Of a stretch of 64,000 nt of DNA, positions 12,771 through 26,440 are shown piece by piece. Positions within the stretch are counted from its first letter, which is position 1. Every line of letters begins with the position of its first letter. The notes beneath the pieces were generated by a model, which had not been told where the DNA came from, did no database searches, and saw only the letters and a list, made by a program, of their open reading frames with translations. The DNA is taken from NCBI GenBank assembly GCA_030265395.1, contig JARFYF010000057.1, positions 8,070,977-8,134,976 of the forward strand. The letters run 5' to 3'. The stretch is from Rhina ancylostomus (Eukaryota). Made by a program: the position numbers and the translations under genes.

Positions 12771-15274
12771 AACATTTAATACTTTGTAAAATTCACTGCA
12801 TTATCTCTGATGCATTTTTATTTCTTGATATCTTACAACTAAACAATTCCTCATCTTTCTCATACTTTTCATGAAGCTACCAATTCTTAGCATTACTTTA
12901 ACTATTTCCAAACCTTATAGTGTCCTGTATTCTAAGGCTTAACCTATCACCTAGCTTTGTCACTTTGGAAAAAATTCCAGCAAACATTTAAATAGCTGAA
13001 AAACATACAAATGCATTTTGAATTTCTTTAGGTGTAATAGATATTAGAATATTACAATAAGAAAATACTGAACTTCCAGACTTTACTCATCCATTCCAAA
13101 TACTACTAGGTAGCAAACAGCTTGGAATATAGCCTGGAATGATTTCTCTTACCTCTGCTCCTATTTGCATAGATTCATCAGGAATGTAATTAATATCATT
13201 TGTTATATCATCACTACTGCAAACTTAAAGTACTGGCAATCCACAGAACAAAGTTATGGGATTGAACAATTGGAAGGAACCATGGGGAAAAACTACCATT
13301 CACTCTAATTAAATTACATTCAGCAAATCCCAAAGATGAAATTTAATCCCATGCTATAAGTTATGAAAACAAATACTTCTTTAATTTTTCTAGTGACCTG
13401 CACTGTGGCTCTTCCACAAATTATTTTAATGAATCACTTTGTAAACACTTATACATTTACTTCTCCACCTCCCAGATTTGCCTGACTACAAGTCAATCCA
13501 AGCCTTCTGTCTCTGATCCAAACTTTCCAGCAATGAAAAATGTAATATTGCATGGGAATATGAATGTTAATCAAAATACTCTATTCCCACACTTCAGCAA
13601 GCATTAGGAACTTTAGGAGATGAAAAAGAAATACTGGATGAAGGGATGGGAAAAACTTCACTGAGTAGAGCACAAAAGTGCTTTTTGGGAAGGATAACAT
13701 TAGCATTTCTTAATCATGAACATAAATGTTTATAAATGTCAGTAGAACCTATAGTTCAACTATAAATACCATCAAAAAATTACTAACCCAGAAAGTGAGA
13801 AGCAAACATTTTTGGTATTGAACATGAGTGAAGTTACAGCATTAGATCTTTAGACGAAGAGCACATTCAATTGAGTGAACCTTGTCGGCTGAGGGCAGAG
13901 AAATATCTGTTAACCCTTCTTCTCTCTCCTACCACCTCAGAGATATCCAGGTTCCTCTTGGAACCCTATAATTTCCACTCCAGGACACTGGATCCTGGGC
14001 ATTTTCACAGCTACTCCCCAGCGGAACATCACAAAACATTGGAACTATTCCAAAAGTCACTCTCACTCAACTGCTCATTCCCCTTGGATGAAATCTGGGC
14101 AGCAAATCATAGCATTGGCAAATGTAAACTTTCTAGCAGAGATTAACTAGTTTATTAACTTAAAGCTCTGTTCAAATCATTTTACTTCCTTATCCTTGGA
14201 ATACTGAGGCAAATTCCGAAACCATATTGTCACTATAGCTGGGAACAGTTAACCATGTTGAATGGGATCTTAAACAACGGCATTTTTGTATATTGTTCAG
14301 CAACATGGTTGGGATGAAATTGTACAATGTACCCATTAACATAAAAGGTTTGTATATGCATGTTCTATGCCAAGAAGTAATGTTGATACAGTTGCATTTT
14401 TTTGAATGTTTCAGAAATTCTACTTCCATTGGAAGCATGGAAACTGTGAAACTATTATCTTCTCGGAGCTGCTTTCAAGTCTCCCCCATAAAACCTACTC
14501 TATTCCTCAAAGTAGAACTGCTGATGTCATCTAAACAAAAAATATTTGGCAGCAAAGATAGTTTAAACAGAATTTGTATAAACCCAGTGTACAATGATGT
14601 AATTCAATGCAATTATTGGCTCAGCTACATTGCCTTGCAACCCACCAGCAGTCAAATGAGCTGCCAAAACTCAATCTGCAGCCTGAAATTTAATATCATA
14701 TGTGCAACTTATTAAAGATTCACCAGCAACCCTGCAGTCTCAAAGGCATTTTCAATTTAAGAATGCTGCCTGGTAAAGTCTATCAAGACCTTGAATTTGC
14801 CTGATAATTTTACAAGCATTCCTTTTCATTAACACTAACACCTAACAGTTCATCTGGTAAGCTGTAAAGACACTACATAGTGTAACATTCAATTCTGAGA
14901 GGTTGCCAGCTACTATTTCCACATATTCAGTTTGATATTTTACCTGGCAGAAGATGCTCCAACTGGCCTCAATATTTCTGAGTCCTGGAGCAAAAAGAAA
15001 TGTTCTAGATTTCTTATCATCTGGACACTCCACCAGCTTGTTCAGCTACATCACTCCCTCCTTCTTCCCAGAAAAATGGGAACTTAAAACCCATTGGAAA
15101 AGTGTATGTGAATATGTATTATGCCCATTTGGATACNNNNNNNNCAAAGTCAATTTTGGACCCGCAAAGGCTATGGAAGTCACTGCACGAAAGGGTGTAG
15201 AAATTTGTAATTCACACCCACAAAAAAATTCACCTGGCTCCTCAAACCTGCCTGCCATTTGACATGATCGTCGA

Positions 15275-15900
15275 ACAGTACAACACAGGAACAGACCCTC
15301 TGGTCCACCATGGCAATGCCAACCATAATGCCAATCTAACTAATCCCATCTGCCTGCCAATTGTCTATGTCCCTTTATTCCCTGCCTGTTAAATGTTGCT
15401 ATCGTATCTGTTACCAGCTCCCCTGGCGATGTGTTCCAGGTACCTACCATTCTGTCTAAAACAAAAACTTTCCTTGCACATCTCCTTTAAACGTTCGCCC
15501 TCTCATCTTAAACCTATACCTTCTAGTATTTGACAATTCCATCACATTAAAAAAAAGACTATCATGCTATCTGTGCCTCTCATAACCTTATATACTTCTA
15601 TCAGGTCACCCCTCAACCTCTGATGCTCCAGAGGAAACAATCCAAGTTTGCCCAGCCTCTCCTTACAGCTAACACACTCCAAACCCAGCAACACCCTGAA
15701 CTTCTTCTGGACCCTCTCCAAAGCCTCCACATCCTTCCTGTAGTGTGGTGACCAGAACTGCACACAAGATTCCACATATGGCCTGAGTTTTATAAAGCAG
15801 CAACATCATTTGGCAACTTTTATGCTCAATGCCCTGACCAATGAAGACAAGCAGCCATATGCCTTCTTTACCCCTTATCCATTTGCATTACCACTTTCAG
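15275..15900 (-). mobile_element. CR1 LINE 3' portion
   Basis: ORF 15542-15775 CVQFWSPHYRKDVEALERVQKKF...RLRGDLIEVYKVMRG is classic CR1 ORF2 C-terminus. 3' tail at ~15275-15370. Confidence 0.9.
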
Positions 15901-18900
15901 GAAGATAGAATTCCCCACAGGATTAGAGAATACTGAACAGACTTTACACACAAGAACAGAGACACACACACTCTAGAATCTAGGAATTTTGCCCAAGCAG
16001 ATTTCCACACATTCTTCCAACAGGATCAAGTTGAGGATAGGAAGAACTGAATCCTTGACCACTTTTTTCCTGCACTTAGATTTGCTTTGACACTATTGGA
16101 TTTAGCAGTGTTCTAAATATTAGGTAATAGTTTTGCAACAAAAGATCCTTGCAGCATAACTAATCTATACATTCATGTATCCCAACTCAAGTCCTATTTC
16201 TATAAAATGAGTGGAAAATATCTACTTGCATCTGAGGAATATTTTTGCACAAATCCCTTCTTTTGAACTGCTACATATTCAAATTTGAAAGCCAATGAAC
16301 AAACTAATATAGAAATTCACTTCTGAAGTGTTTTAAGGACATGGTAAAGTACAATTCCTTCTCTTTATTGACATCCACATACAGTTTTCATAAGTCTCTG
16401 GCTCTTGCCAATATCTTAAAGATGCTCTCTGCCAGAAACATCTGTATCTTACCAAATTTGTTCATTAGCCTGGTACACAATTGGATCTCTCAAGCAATGC
16501 TGAGATGTATTGTCTATCCTTAATTATCAATCAGGTGGCAGTTCAGAGAACCATAATGGTAGGTCTGTAAGTGAGTACAGCTGAGCTCAGGTAATGATGA
16601 TAGATCTCCTTGCCTGAAATCACAAGTGAGCCAGATGGGCTTGTACAATAATTAGGTTGTTTCATTGTCACTATTACTGAGATGGGCTTTTAATCCAACT
16701 TGACCATCCTGCAGAAGCACAGACCACACTGCCACTAGGTCAAGACTGCACCTGCAGTGGACTAATGGTGTTATCAACAATAAACAAAATAGCCAATAAA
16801 TATGAATGCATTGGTAGGTTCTCCATTCTTGCTGGGTTACAATCAGCTACTGGGAAACTTGATATTTTTGTTTATACTGATCAATGTTATAAGATGAATA
16901 ACATCTTATCATCGCTTTTACATAGCATTTTTATTGTGATTGTTCACCTTTAATGTTGAACTCTAAGTGAGATGTACAATATTACATTGCAAGATTCTTT
17001 CTTTTTACAAGTCGTAAGGACTCGTTCTAGAAATATAGTCGTAGTCGAACCACTTCAGTATGTGCAGAACCATATCCTCATGGTGGTTTGCTCTGTTGTG
17101 TGCACCAACTGAATTGAGAAGTGTCACGTGGCCTGAGTGGGCCAACATGGAAATGGGGAAACAGGATGTTTTGTTTAAAATATCTCAATACAAAAAGTGT
17201 GGTGACACTTGTGGGCTGCCCCCAGAATACAATACTCTACGCAAAAGATGCATTTCATTGTGTGTTTCAGTGCATGTGACTAATAAAGAAATCTTGCCTT
17301 GAAATTGAGCCCTTGTAAAGCTATTCCCATCATTAAATATAAAACTAGAGTGGTTGAATCTACATTGATCAAATGCTTGCACCAAATCATTTTGATACAT
17401 CTTTACCTTGCTCGATTTCTTCCTCCCACTTTCTGTTTACTTCTCCAAGCCTTTCCTCAAAGTGCAGAGTCTCACTCAAGCACCTTTCCAGAGTGTTGGT
17501 ATTCATGAGTAACAAGATTTTTCTTTCCATGATTTGGCATAGACATCACCCACTTCGGGGACTACAACCAAGCTAGATTTTGTTCATACCTCTCGATATA
17601 AATTTCAGACTAGTTCCTATTTTGGAGACAGAAGAGACTGCAGATGCTGGAATCTGGAGCAACAAACAAACTACTTGAGGAAATGAGTGGGTCATTTCCA
17701 AATGGTTCATTTGCAGTGAGCAATTTTCTTCCCGAGTTATCAATGAATTGAATTTAAAACATATGACAGGTTAACTTCTCACAGACACATGGTTCCACAT
17801 AGGCAAGTTATCCACCTTGGTCCGAGCACTTTCTAAATAGTGAGAAGCTTGAGAAATTAAACCTGCAAGAAGACCGAGGCATTCATGTAAAAAAAAAATC
17901 ACTGCAAACTAATCAGGAGGCATCCAGGCTACAAATCAATCTGCTAGATCCTACAACAGCCAGGAAGATAGCTATATGAACAATTTCCAATTTTGTCTCC
18001 CTGTTAAGGTTATGGAATGCAGTTCCAAGGGACATCATGCCCTTCAGTGACCATTTTATCCCAAAGAAGGAATACCCACAAGCAATTCAGCTTGGGTGGG
18101 GTGAGACTGTGTGGTAATCCAACTGATCCTAATCTTTAAACAGGACATAGATAATAACACACTTGTTTTCTGGTTTAGAAGCAGTAGCTAGATGTGAGCA
18201 TAATGACCATTACCCCCCATTCCAATATCTGGCAACTGGATTAGACACTAAGCTTACAAATCAGTACCATCAGGTGAAAAATTTGCAATTGAGCTGTCCT
18301 GAAGCTTAATGTGTACACAAGTAAACAGTAGTCAGCCAGGTTTAGTGCACAAAAGCCTTTGCTTGATTTTTTTTCCCCCGTGTACATTCTGAGACTATGC
18401 AAGGTGTTATCAAAGCTTGCATACCTTGTGATGTCTGGAAAGCTTTTAATTTCTAACCATAATTCTGTTTGATCCAAAGCATTCCAAGCCCACTAATTAT
18501 TTTTGGCACGTGGATCCAGTCCCCTTCTCCAAAAAGTTAGATTCTTCTAGTTTATAGCTAAATTCAAACTAATGTGGGACTAAGCCAAATAAAACCAGAA
18601 ACCTCAGATATGATCCTGGTTCCATGCTAAGTGATGACTTCATCTCAGGTTTGCAGAAGAGGTGTAATTGGCTTTGGTCCCCTTGGTTAGAGGGGAGAAA
18701 TAAATTATTCAAAAGGTATTGCACACAATTATTACACAACTATTTCTCCTGGAAAGAGATCAGGTGGTCTTGTGTTGATGCACATAACTGGGATCCAAAA
18801 TCAATGATAACTTCACACACACACAGCCACAGAGTAGTACAAGGCAGCTATTGGCCATGGAACCTTTGTCAAAGTACATGCTAGTGGTTTTAGAAGAAGG

Positions 18901-19949
18901 TTGCTTTAAGGGTGAAATTGTTCAGTTACTCTGATAGGGCAACTTCTTTCCACCAAAAACTTATTTTAAAAAAAAACTGCTTATTTCATTTTACTTTTGT
19001 CTTCTTACCACAACTTAAAATAATCATACCTTCAAAATCTCTATACAAAATCTCTAAATCCAGCTGTTCCCATGATCTTGCCAAATGTGTAACATAACCT
19101 ACATAAATCCCTGACATTTGCTGTTTGAGAGGAAATACTTCACAAATCCTGGCTGTTTAAAATAGTTTCCAGTTGGTCTGTTGGAAAAGTTACTGAATCC
19201 AACCACTTTGCTTAAGTAAATAAAGATCCGTAGCCATTATGTATCTGTTAACAATATTTAAAATTCTCTCTATCCCTTCAGATGTTTGGCAGTCAAACCC
19301 TACAAGCTCCTATTGAATGCCTTTTATCCTAGTTTCTCAGGCTTTGTGAACACACTGACCCTAAATAATTCCTTAGGATAATTTACATAACCCTGATTTT
19401 TATACACTGCCTTACGAATTTTCTTATCATCTTTCCTGGTGGCTCCAACTCATCCTACCTTTTAACACCTCAACTTAATGGTCTACCTTTATTTTTAAAA
19501 CTCACAGGAGGTTGTCTGACCATAAACGGTACTCTAAAGGAGATAATCTCGTTAGATGGTCACATACATCTACTTCCCAGCTTGGAGGCTACTGAACACT
19601 CAGCAGGTCTGTGGCCAATTCTTAAGTCCAGCTGCTCCTAAGAATAGGAATTTACTGATGTCACTAAAATTTTCTTTCTGCTGTCACAACCAACAACCCT
19701 GACTAGAAATCATTGGTCAGCATCTGTAACTAGTTTATCAGATGATGCAAGAATCATTTGTGAAGCAGGAAATATTTCAGAGGTTAACCCAATGAGGTAC
19801 AAAAAATTTTTTTGAGGAACATCCAAGCAGATTAACAAGCCAAATCATTAAGAGGCCCACCAGCATGAAATGTTTTATTTTTCACAGCACACAGTAAATT
19901 CTAACATTCAAAATGTCAGTATTTGCAAACAACACGGTTCATGACCATA

Positions 19950-22720
19950 TTGCTACAATACAAGTATCATCTCACACTTCTTGATTAAATTCCAACTGCC
20001 ATTACTCTGCACAAATTTCCACCTGATCGACTGTATATCCGTTGTAGCCTTAGACAACCTTCCTCGCTTTTCACACCATCACCTAATTTTGCATCATCCA
20101 CAAATGTACTGATCATATATCCTACATTCACATCCAAGTCTTTAGTATATGCATTAAAGGGGCCCTAGCACTGATCATTGCAGTACACCACAGGTCACAG
20201 ACTTCCAATCAGAAAAGCATCTTTCATCTCTACTTCCCATCACCAAGCCAATTTTTGATCCAACTAAACAGTTCATCTTGGATCATGTGCGCCTTAAACT
20301 TCTGGACCAGCCTATCATGCTGGATCTTGTCAAATGCCTTACTGAAGTCCATATGAATAAATTTTCTTAGTTATCTCCTCATAAAAGTCAATCAAAATGA
20401 ATGCCGCAGTATTTCCCCCCACACAAAACCATGCTGACAACCGCTAATCAGCCTCTACCATTTGAAATGTACACAAATCTTATCTCTCAGGACTTTCATC
20501 AATAATTTCCCAACCACTGATGCAAAGTTTGCTGGCTCATAATTTCCTGGCTTATCCTTGCTGCCCTTATATAAAGGAACAACTTTAGCTATCCTTCAGT
20601 CTTCTGGCACCTCATTTGTAGCTACTAAAGTTGCAAAAGTCTCTGACAGGACCCTGACAATCTCTTCCCAAAACAACCTGGAATGGACCTCATATGGTTC
20701 ATGGGATTTATCAATCCTTGTGTCCCGTGACATGTAACACCTCCCTTTTGCAGATTATCTGACCTGCTGCAGATTATTCAGATCCCCTTCCCTGAGCTCG
20801 CTATCTTCAACATCCTTATCCTTTGCAAATACAGATGACAATATTCATTTCAGACTTTGCCGCATTGCCTGGCTGCCCACATAGATTACCCCTTTGGCCC
20901 CCAAGGGGACATGCTCTTTCCTTAGCTACCCTCTTCCTCCTGATATGGAATTCTTGGGATTCTCCTTAATTGCCAAGAATGGCCCCTTTTGGCCCTACTT
21001 TCTTAATTTCTCTACTACACACTTGAGGAATCTAAAGAGAATTCCTTGATCCCAATTGCCAAATCCCATCATGTTTCCCTTTTCTCCTGATCAAACCTTC
21101 AACATCCTTTGTCATTCAAGGTTCTCAGATTTTTCCATCTTTGCCTTTCACCTTGCATGCTGGCCCTGAACTCCTACCAACTCTTTTAAAAGACTCGTAC
21201 TTAAAATGGCAGTTGACGAACAAGCACCTGCTCCCAATCTGCCAGGTCCTCTCATGCTATTGAAATCAGCCTTCCTACTGCCCCCCCTCACCTCCCAATT
21301 CAAGTCCTTAACTTGAGAAGCAAACTTATTCCTTTCCATAACTACCTTGAGGCTTGAAGAACAGTAGTCACTGTTCCCAAAGTGTTCCCCCACTCAGTTT
21401 CCGAAGATAAGGTTGAGCATTGACCCATCTCAAGTAGAACTCTCCACATATGGTCTCAAAAAACTTCCTTGGATGAACTTAAATTCCGTCCCATCTAAGT
21501 CACTTGAACTAAAACAATCTCAATTAATATTAGCAAAGTTAAAATTCTCCACTACATAACCCAATTGTTCTTGCATCCCTCAACAATTTCCTCTTTCGCA
21601 TTCCCAGTCACATTTGACACTTCTATACATCTGAACATTAAGCTGCCAATCCTGCGCTTCCCTCAACCACGTCTCCATGATTGCAATAACATAATTCCAA
21701 GTGCTGATCCATGCTCAAAGTTCATCTGGCTTACCCATGAGGTTCGCTGCATTAAAGTAAATGTAGTTGAGCCTGCCAGTCCTCCCATTCTCCCTAACCT
21801 GCCTGTCTACTCTGTCCATTGAACTTGCTTGATTTATCCTATACACTTTTCTCCCCACATGCTATGCTGCTACTATGCTTCCCACCCCATCTTGCCATAT
21901 TAGTTTAAACCCTCCGGAGTACAAACCTTCCTACAAGCATATTGGTCCCCCTCCAGTTTAGGTCCAACCAGTCCTTTTTGAACAGGTTCCACCAATCCCT
22001 GAAGCAATCCTAATGATTCAAGTGCATTTATGCCATCCTTCCTGCATCAGCTTTTCCATTTATTTATCCTGTCCTCCTATTCCTACCCTCACTAGCAGAT
22101 CCTGCTTTTTAACTTTTGCCTAACTCCCTAAACTCATTTTGGAGGACCACTTCGCTCCTTCTACCAATGTGTACCATGACCTCTGACTGCTTTCCTTTCC
22201 CCTTCAGAAGGTTCTGTACTCAATCCAAGACATCCCTGACCCTGGCATCAGGATGTACTTACTGCCCTTCCCATGGTCTGCCATCTCTTTTCTTTCACTA
22301 CCTGTGGCATGACCAACTCGCCAAAGTAGGACTATGAACATTTTCCACATCCTGGATACTCCACAGCATGTCCAACCACAGCTCCAACTGCTCTACGCTG
22401 TCTGACAAGAGCTGCAGCTGGATATACTGTTGTCACTTAGGGCAATGGAAGTGTCCCTGATCTCCCACATCCTGCAGGAGGAGCATATCACTGCCCTAGC
22501 TTCCATATCCTTTATCCCCCAGTCCCTTCTATTAAGAAAGGAAAGGGAAAAAATCCTTACCTGGTCACTACTCAGCCTCCTCACCAAAGCCCGTACTTTG
22601 ACCTCAACAGTAGCACTTTGACTTCAACAGCCACCCTTCAAACAGGCTGCTCCCATTCTACTTGCCTCTTCTTATACCTCTAGCTTGCCATCAGCGTCAT
22701 AAGTAATGGCAGTCCTTCTG
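19950..22720 (-). mobile_element. Long decayed CR1 LINE (ORF1 zinc finger, APE endonuclease, RT), lacking its 3' end
   Basis: ORF1-like AVICSSCRMWEIRDT (~22430-22500), endonuclease end GEHFGNSD...LNW...KADF (21148-21393), RT motifs MDFSKAFDK (~20327-20353), GVLQ*SVLGP (~20160-20190) and STFVDDAKLG (~20081-20110). Many deletions and stops. Confidence 0.85.
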
Positions 22721-23479
22721 CTGCCTCTAGGACTTGCCTCACTCAGGAGCATTTTAGGTCAGCATTCAGAAAAGAACTCAAATATGCATTGCTTTGCAAA
22801 TCAAAATAAACTTTGATTGTTAAAACAAAACAAATTCTTCTCTTGCTCCCACCCCCAATCCAGCACACAGAGCACATACACAGTACTCGATATTAATTTA
22901 TTTTGTCAGTTGACTGAACACAAGTCATTACCTTCCAAATCAAGCTACTGAAAAGTCCCAACTTCCCGAATTTCCCTTTACCTAGTACTCTGCACATATC
23001 ATCTCTGCTCTCCATGTCAGCACCTACCCCCACTTGCCAACTTAAACATTATGTTTCTGAACTTCATCTGATTACAGTTAGGCTGATAGAAAAATTAGAG
23101 AACACCAAATACATGACAGGTCTAACTAAAACGAAATATCCTGCCTCAGCAAACCTGCATATCATAAAGGCAAGTTAAGACATTTACTCTGGAAACCAAT
23201 GGAGCTCCTTTTCATTGAAACAGACAGTAGATTTCACCTAGATTCTTTCTTAGATACCCTATATAAATTGGGCTTCTGCCATCACTAGGATCCAAGCAGC
23301 AGAATCTTTCAGCCCTGTAATTCCTATAGCCATCCAATCATTGTCACCTCTGGAGTCACAGATGACTCTCTCTTTTGGCCTGGCCTGAGTGCTCGAGACG
23401 AATTGACCCAAGATTCTCAATGTCATCTCAAATGCTCCTTTACAATTTTGAGTAATCAGGGGACAGTATTTCTCAAAGT

Positions 23480-23655
23480 CAGAGTAACAATGCATGGAAA
23501 CAGGCCATCCATACCAAGATACCCATCTAAGCTAGTCCCACTTACCAACAATTGGCTCATATCCATCTAAACCTTCCTTATCCACACACCTGTCCAAATG
23601 TCTTTAAAATGTTATTGTACCCGCCTCAACCACTTCCTCTAGCAGCTTGTTCCAT
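23480..23655 (-). mobile_element. CR1 3' tail fragment
   Basis: Reverse complement of the family at 161-342 (ttttaaagacatttggacagg...). Confidence 0.7.
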
Positions 23656-23994
23656 GAGTCGATGGGGAAGTTGTACGTTTTCCTACCTTAAAGTTATATT
23701 TTCATGAAGGCTTTGTGAACATCTTTGAATCAGTTCTTCTGTCTGCCTGGTAATCCCTTGTCACAATGGAGCTATCCACTTCAGTGATCCAGGGTCAGGC
23801 ATGCAACTAACGGCCTGCACACTGGAAACAGCCATGTGTAATAAGGGCCTCTATACTGCAAATGCTGTTCTGGGAGCAAAAGCTGACATTGGTTTGCTTA
23901 TGCTGCCAGTGAATTTGAAGGATTTTATGGAGGCAGCACTGGTGTTACTCCTCCAGTGCTGAGATATCTGCGTTAAGTAGCCCATGACTCAGAA

Positions 23995-24400
23995 GGACAT
24001 AGGAAACCTAAGCATGGGAAGGCCATTTGACCCCTTCTGGCTGCTCTGCCCTTACGTTTCACTTCAGTGCCCTTTCCAGCTCCAACCCTACATCCTTTGA
24101 TTCTCAATATCTATCAGTCGAACCTCTTGGGTTGAGAATTACAAGGATTTACTACCCACCAACTCTAAAAACAAACTTTGAACTGAATGGCTAACCATTT
24201 ATTTTGAAACTGTAATCCCTGGTTCTCGATGGCCAAGCCGGAGGAAATATCAACTCTGCCTCTTTCCTATCAAGACCCTGAAGATTTTACATTTTAATGA
24301 GAACACACCTCACTTTATTTTTTTAAAAATGAGAGTATAAAGTCCAGTCTGTCTAATCTCTCTACACATGACAATTCTGTTGTCCTAGGGATAAATCTTG
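23995..24400 (-). mobile_element. Decayed CR1 3' fragment
   Basis: Tail-like start and eroded GHxFK / GLDR-like ORF2 C-terminal segments. Confidence 0.5.
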
Positions 24401-25264
24401 TGTACAAGAGGGCAGGGATTTCTGCTGCTCAGTCGACCATTAAATGTGCGTTGGGTTTGAAGCTTTTACTCAGGCCTTTGGATCACTAGTCCAAAAACTT
24501 AACAACAGTGCTGCAATACCACACAAGACCTCCTTCACTGCAAGATAACAAGAACACTCACAGCACTCTAAAGCTACCTATGGTAAGAAACAAATTATTA
24601 TGGCTACTGACTCAAGGCTAGAAATTGTTTGTCAAGAAGGTGGAGTTCAAATTTGTGGAATTGTTCCGGAATACAGGTGGTGTAACAACATACTGTTCGT
24701 CTTTGACATTCCCTAATTAGTTCATAACTTCTTTTGCACCAGAAATGCAAAATCAAAGATCAGCAGTCATCTTGTTATCTTAAGTTTAGGCTGTGGAACT
24801 TTGCTCAGTTTTCACTTAGAATCACTATTGATTAATTGGTTGAGGATGGAATTACATTCCTCTCATTCCTACAGCTGTCAATCAATCCAACAACGCCTAT
24901 GGTGGTAATCCTATCGAGGAATCACATAATACTACTAATTTCTTTAAAAAAAGAACATTTAAAGAAGGTGCCAATTTCATCAGCAAAATTTCAGAGAAGT
25001 ATAAACCTGGGGAGGGAATCTTCTGAATTTAGCATCAATTCTGAAAAAAAACGCTGGAGTACTTTATTCCTTCAAGCACAGATTTTGTCAGAAGAGCATT
25101 ATGATTTGCATAACATTTATGTTGCTTGAAGTATCTGGTAATAGTGGGAGAAACTTACAAAAATTCTCAAAGGAATATTGAATCAAGCATGACTTTCCCC
25201 AAATGTATTTGTACTGATAAGTTACATAAATAAAGCTAATACTGATAAATGAATAGTTTTGATA

Positions 25265-25480
25265 AGTCCAAAGAGCAAGAGCAGGAGGAGGCCCCATGGC
25301 CCTCCAGCCTGGACTGCCATGCCATAAGATCAAGATTGATCTGACTTTGGCCTCTACACATTCTTAACCAATTCCTAAAACTCTTATGAACCCCATTCCC
25401 TATAATCCAAACATAGGTCAATCTTGCATATACCTAATGATGTAGCACTCTCAGTTCTTTGGGGAACAGAATTTTAAGTA
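25265..25480 (-). mobile_element. CR1 3' tail fragment
   Basis: gagcaggaggaggccccatggccctccagcct...ataagatc is a reverse CR1-type tail. Confidence 0.55.
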
Positions 25481-25494
25481 CTCCAAACAAGAAA

Positions 25495-25765
25495 CTGGTA
25501 CAGCTAGTGGAGTTGCTGCTTCACTGTGCCAGTGATTCTGACCACCAGTTTCATCTGCGTAGAGCTTGTACATTCTCCCTGCAATTATATGGGTTTTCCT
25601 CCCACATCACAAAGATATGCAGGCTGGTAGGTAAATTGGCTACTGTAAATTGCCCCCAATATGTAGATAAGTTGTAGAACATTGGGGAGTTGATGGGAAT
25701 CTGGGAAGAATAGATTGCAGGGAAAGTTAGTTGGAGAATTGAATTACTCTGTAAACCAGCATTCA
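25495..25765 (+). mobile_element. tRNA-derived V-SINE (HE1-like)
   Basis: V-domain-like ttgtacattctccc...ttcctcccacatcacaaagatatgcagg...aattggctactgtaaattgcccc. Confidence 0.75.
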
Positions 25766-25899
25766 CTAAAAAGGTCAATATTTGATTTTTAAAATGCTAC
25801 ATGCATGCTAATATTTTTAAGATGTTGTACAAGCAGACTAAGAGTTCTCCTCATTATATCTGCCATATCTTTGGCTACTCGCTCGTCTACGTCTCTCTG

Positions 25900-26040
25900 T
25901 AGGCTTTCAGTCCTGACGAAAGGTCTCAACCCAAAATGTCGACTCTTTATTTCCCTCCATAGATGCTGCCTGACCCAAGGAGTTCCTCCAGCATTTTGTG
26001 TGTACTGCTCCAGATTCCAGAAACTTGCATCTCCTCCTTG
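25900..26040 (+). mobile_element. Penelope-like pseudo-LTR with a degenerate minimal hammerhead motif
   Basis: agtc-CTGACGA-a-aggt ctca accc-AAAATGTC-gact, followed by agatgctgcctgacc...ttcctccagcattttg...cagattccag. Confidence 0.75.
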
Positions 26041-26059
26041 AAGACTGTGCATCTCCTTC

Positions 26060-26440
26060 AGAATTTTCCCACTACTTCCATATCATCAACAAATTTAGAT
26101 ACATTGTCTTTTTATCTGAGGCATTAAACATTGATGCATCCTTTATTCTTTGATTNNNNNNNNNNTACATGGCCAAGATATTACTCTCGGACCCAAGACC
26201 CTCTCTAATGTAGCAACCTTCTATTTTGCACCTCATCAAATGCTTTCTGGAAATCTAAATACACCATATCCACAAGTCCCATGTTTCTACATTCCTTGTT
26301 CCATCCTCAAAAAAACTGTTTAAACACAATTTCCCTTTTCTAAAACCCTGTTGACACTACCTAATCATGTTACACTAATGTAAGTGTCCTGTTATCACTT
26401 TCTTATCAATGAATTTCAGCTTTTTCCTGAAAATCTTTTT
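26060..26440 (-). mobile_element. Decayed CR1 RT fragment
   Basis: Minus strand encodes VDMVYLDFQKAFDEVQ and SKFVDDM (FADD-like). Confidence 0.7.

Noticed and set aside
14190-14715. 140-aa and 82-aa intronic ORFs
   Set aside because: Composition looks like random AT-rich sequence, with no domain or splice support.
24661-24673. 13-mer ttgttccggaata shared with ~62314-62326
   Set aside because: Matches of this length are expected by chance in 64 kb, and the flanks do not align.
25495-25560. tRNA-like A/B-box sequences at SINE heads
   Set aside because: They are decayed SINE promoters with no cloverleaf, so no tRNA gene is called.
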